Source: Amoebidium appalachense (Eukaryota; Protista; Ichthyosporea). Taken from it: a stretch of DNA of 64,000 bases. The notes under the pieces were generated by a model. The model had not been told where the DNA came from and ran no database searches. It was given only the letters and a program-made list of their open reading frames with translations. The position numbers and the translations under genes were made by a program. Shown one piece after another: positions 61,717 to 64,000 of this stretch; the first letter of the stretch is position 1, and every line of letters starts with the position of its first letter. The stretch is taken from NCBI GenBank assembly GCA_963693365.1, contig CAVNZM010000002.1:4480259-4544258 (forward strand). The letters run 5' to 3'.

Positions 61717-63810
61717 CCATGCGCACACATACACACAACCATGCACGGACACACTTAGGCACAACCGTGCAACCAGTGTGCACATGCCCCACACGTGCGC
61801 AGGCATGCGCGTGCACACACAGCCAGCAACCACACAGCCATGGCCTCCACCCTGCAGACCATGTTGAGGCAGTGCCACGTAGAAGGCATAGGCACAAACA
61901 CACAGTCACGGCAATGTAGGGGCACACATAGAACATGTCACACCACCCACGGAGCCTTGCTAACCATATAGTATACCCTCAAACCATATTGGACACGCTT
62001 TTCACTTACAGATTTTATGCACAGTTTTATATGCGCACACAAACACGCACGCACGCACACACGTACACACACACACATGTGCCTACACAAGCACACACAC
62101 ACATGTTTGCTGCAGGCCAGAACAGAATAGGACATCAAACAAAACGAAAGGCACCAAACAAAGCTCTTGCCACGGCAATCGTTCGACACTACTTGGTGAT
62201 ACGAACCTACCAACTACACCCTGCTGGTACGTTAGAGTAAGTTGTCCTGCTCATTGTCTTGTCTTGGCTACTTAGTTCTTATGCATGTCTACGAAAAGAA
62301 ATGGACTTTGGAAATAGTGTTGAATAGTTTTTCTGATCTCCTGGTTCTTGTGGCTCGAAACCCAACTAACTTGAAAGTTACCATGTCCGGCAGAGAATTT
62401 TTGAGGTCTGAGACAGGTCGACATCCGCCCATTTGTTGGGCTTATCTAAAAATGCTTATAAGTAGGCATACTCTCATGTTTAAAACGTCTGCGGCACAAC
62501 TGTTGAGTGCATCGATTGGATCTCCCAGGCGGCTTTTTCTGAATCTCCGGTGCAATGGTTGAACCCATCTAGTGGATTTGTCAGGACAGCTATCATCTGA
62601 TGATAAGATCTCCAAGCGCTATTGTTGACTGCACCTAGTGGATCTACCAGAAGGGCATACTCTTAAGGATTTGAAATCACTGGCACAGCAGTTATATCTG
62701 AATAACGACAAAGAAATCTGCACCTAGTGGATCTACCAGAAGGGCATACTCTTAAAGATGTAAAAATTTGGCACAGCAGTTATATCTGAATAACGACAAA
62801 GAAATCTGAAGGTCAAAAAAAAAAAAAAAAAACCCTGAAAAAGCTCGTGCAGGGAGTCGTGCAACCCTTAAGGGCAAATATTTAGAACTCAAAATGACTC
62901 ACAGTCCTATGCACAGCCACTGTTTGCAAACACAAACAAACACACCACTGAGCTTCTCTATACACACATAACAAAAGCACCCGGAAACACGTGCAGCCTC
63001 TCTTTTTATGAAAAAAGAAATTAAATAAAAAATAAAACCGACAAAAGCACCGCCACAGCCACGATCAGACACGGAGGCACATAAGAAGCATGCACATACC
63101 AAGCATGAAAGCGAAAACATTTGCCCTCGCAGACACATGTGCATACACACGCACACGCACTTGACACACATGCACACCTCGACACAATGCACATGCACAC
63201 ATATGCACCTTCAGACATATATGGACACACACAAATATACACACGCAGACATACATGCACACGCAGACACAAGCACACGCAGACGCATTTACACACACAG
63301 GACACCCAGGTAGGCACACGTACCCTGCTTGGTGCCGGCCAGGCGGAGGGGTGCCAGCCATTTCGACCCGGTCCGTGACACCGGTGAGGCCTTCAAACGG
63401 CCAGGCCCTGTCGTCCCTGGACCCTGCAAAGAAAGTCAGTCCCGCACAGTCCTGACCACAAAGGCACAAGCGAGGGGATAAAGGCGAAGATACGGGATCA
63501 GGTAGCCACCCACTATGAAGATCCAGGGAAAGTCTAGTTCTTATCACCCGAGTTCTTCCGCAACAGGACAAAAACGAAAAAAAAAACAGCAACAAATCTT
63601 TGCGACAGTTCCAATTAGGTTGAAAAATGAGAAACATAGGTGGCTGGGCACAGAGCAAATACAGCTTTGTATGTGTCCCACCCTGCAGGCTGGTCCTCCC
63701 CTACCACGCTCCTCTATCTGGACAGGTAACCACCCCAAGGCACACCAGTGCGCACACTTGCAGCCCCCCTGGCTGTTCCCGCCACGTACCGTGCCGGGCT
63801 TGGCGTCCAT
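56574..63810 (-). CDS. PH-domain Ser/Thr kinase of the CAMKL (AMPK/MARK/SIK-like) group
   Basis: MDAKPGT|... PH domain: RYKAWLQRKSFR|ALQPWRPQLCVLTPHAIFFFDSE|...FTIRTMVR|DFLCRTDTEAGRQRWVAEL. Kinase: LGVGGFSEV, VALK, REIECLRLLRHPNIVRL, HRDIKMEN, DFGFS, LETRCGTYEYTAPE, YKGPPCDAWSLGILLY, DARLT...HPW. A low-complexity tail follows; the final exons are tentative. Confidence 0.85.
58367..59005 (-). repeat. 28-bp minisatellite (roughly 20 units, with a higher-order variant block) seeded at a kinase exon/intron junction
   Basis: Minus-strand unit GCATACAAGG-gtggatgcatgcacacag. The first unit is the true exon end (Q-A-Y-K-G) plus the donor. Confidence 0.92.
59940..60062. repeat. 40-bp tandem repeat (about 3 copies) in a kinase intron
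   Basis: cagccaaatgaataccttcccagccacataaatagccaac reiterated. Confidence 0.85.
61297..61438 (-). repeat. 22-bp tandem repeat (about 6 copies) starting at a GTATGT donor
   Basis: Minus strand: AGG|gtatgtgggtgctagatgtgtc gtatgtgggtgctagatgtgtc... Confidence 0.85.
62240..62832 (+). pseudogene. Decayed, intronless LRR-coding fragment with an 89-bp tandem duplication and an A-tail, antisense within a kinase intron
   Basis: Broken frames read LDLPGGFF*, HLVDLSG and LHLVDLPEGHTLKDLKSLAQQLYLNND (the last unit occurs twice, at 62629 and 62718, the second frameshifted). This resembles LPxGxFxxLxxLxxLxLxxN LRRs. An A18 run lies at 62815-62832. Confidence 0.5.
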
Positions 63811-64000
63811 ATTTTGTTGGCGGTAGAGGCCCGGTTGCCCGGTGACCCCTTGTTCCAAACCCCCCCTTCTATAGCACGCTATGAGATAGCCACACTACCT
63901 AATGTGACACTATAGATCGCCGATGATGATTGCTAAGATGTTATTGGCCTGGCGTGCTTATGCTTGCTTTGTGTGCGCAAAACCCAGCACGCCTCTACAG

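Noticed and set aside
1-64000. tRNA, rRNA or snRNA genes
   Set aside because: None recognised by eye; tRNAscan-SE and Infernal would be needed to exclude them.

Overview
A gene-dense, intron-rich eukaryotic window with no prokaryotic features. Introns are mostly short GT-AG introns with a CTGAC/CTAAC branch point close to the AG. They are filled with G-homopolymer tracts (usually on the sense strand) and (GT)n/(CA)n repeats, so most entries in the supplied ORF track are repeat artefacts. Manual splicing gives 11 complete or near-complete gene models: an SREBP-architecture bHLH-Zip factor (+), 6-phosphofructo-2-kinase with a degenerate bisphosphatase (-), a LIM-homeobox gene (+), MIC26/27 (ApoO) (-), an RMP1/NEPRO-like gene (+), PPIE/CYP33 (-), OGFOD3 (-), CCDC130/YJU2B (+), a TRM9-like methyltransferase (-), a roughly 2,300-aa LRR + coiled-coil + 5x(RanBD-ZnF-FG) + ankyrin protein (+), and a PH-CAMKL kinase (-). 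The gene content suggests a unicellular holozoan such as an ichthyosporean, but this is inference only. Highlights: (1) a Nup358/RanBP2-like protein of unusual architecture built from five homogenised cassette exons; (2) an SREBP whose basic region lacks the SREBP signature; (3) tandem arrays repeatedly seeded at splice sites and stop codons. All exon coordinates were derived by hand and may be off by a few bases. Family assignments come from recalled motifs, not database searches.
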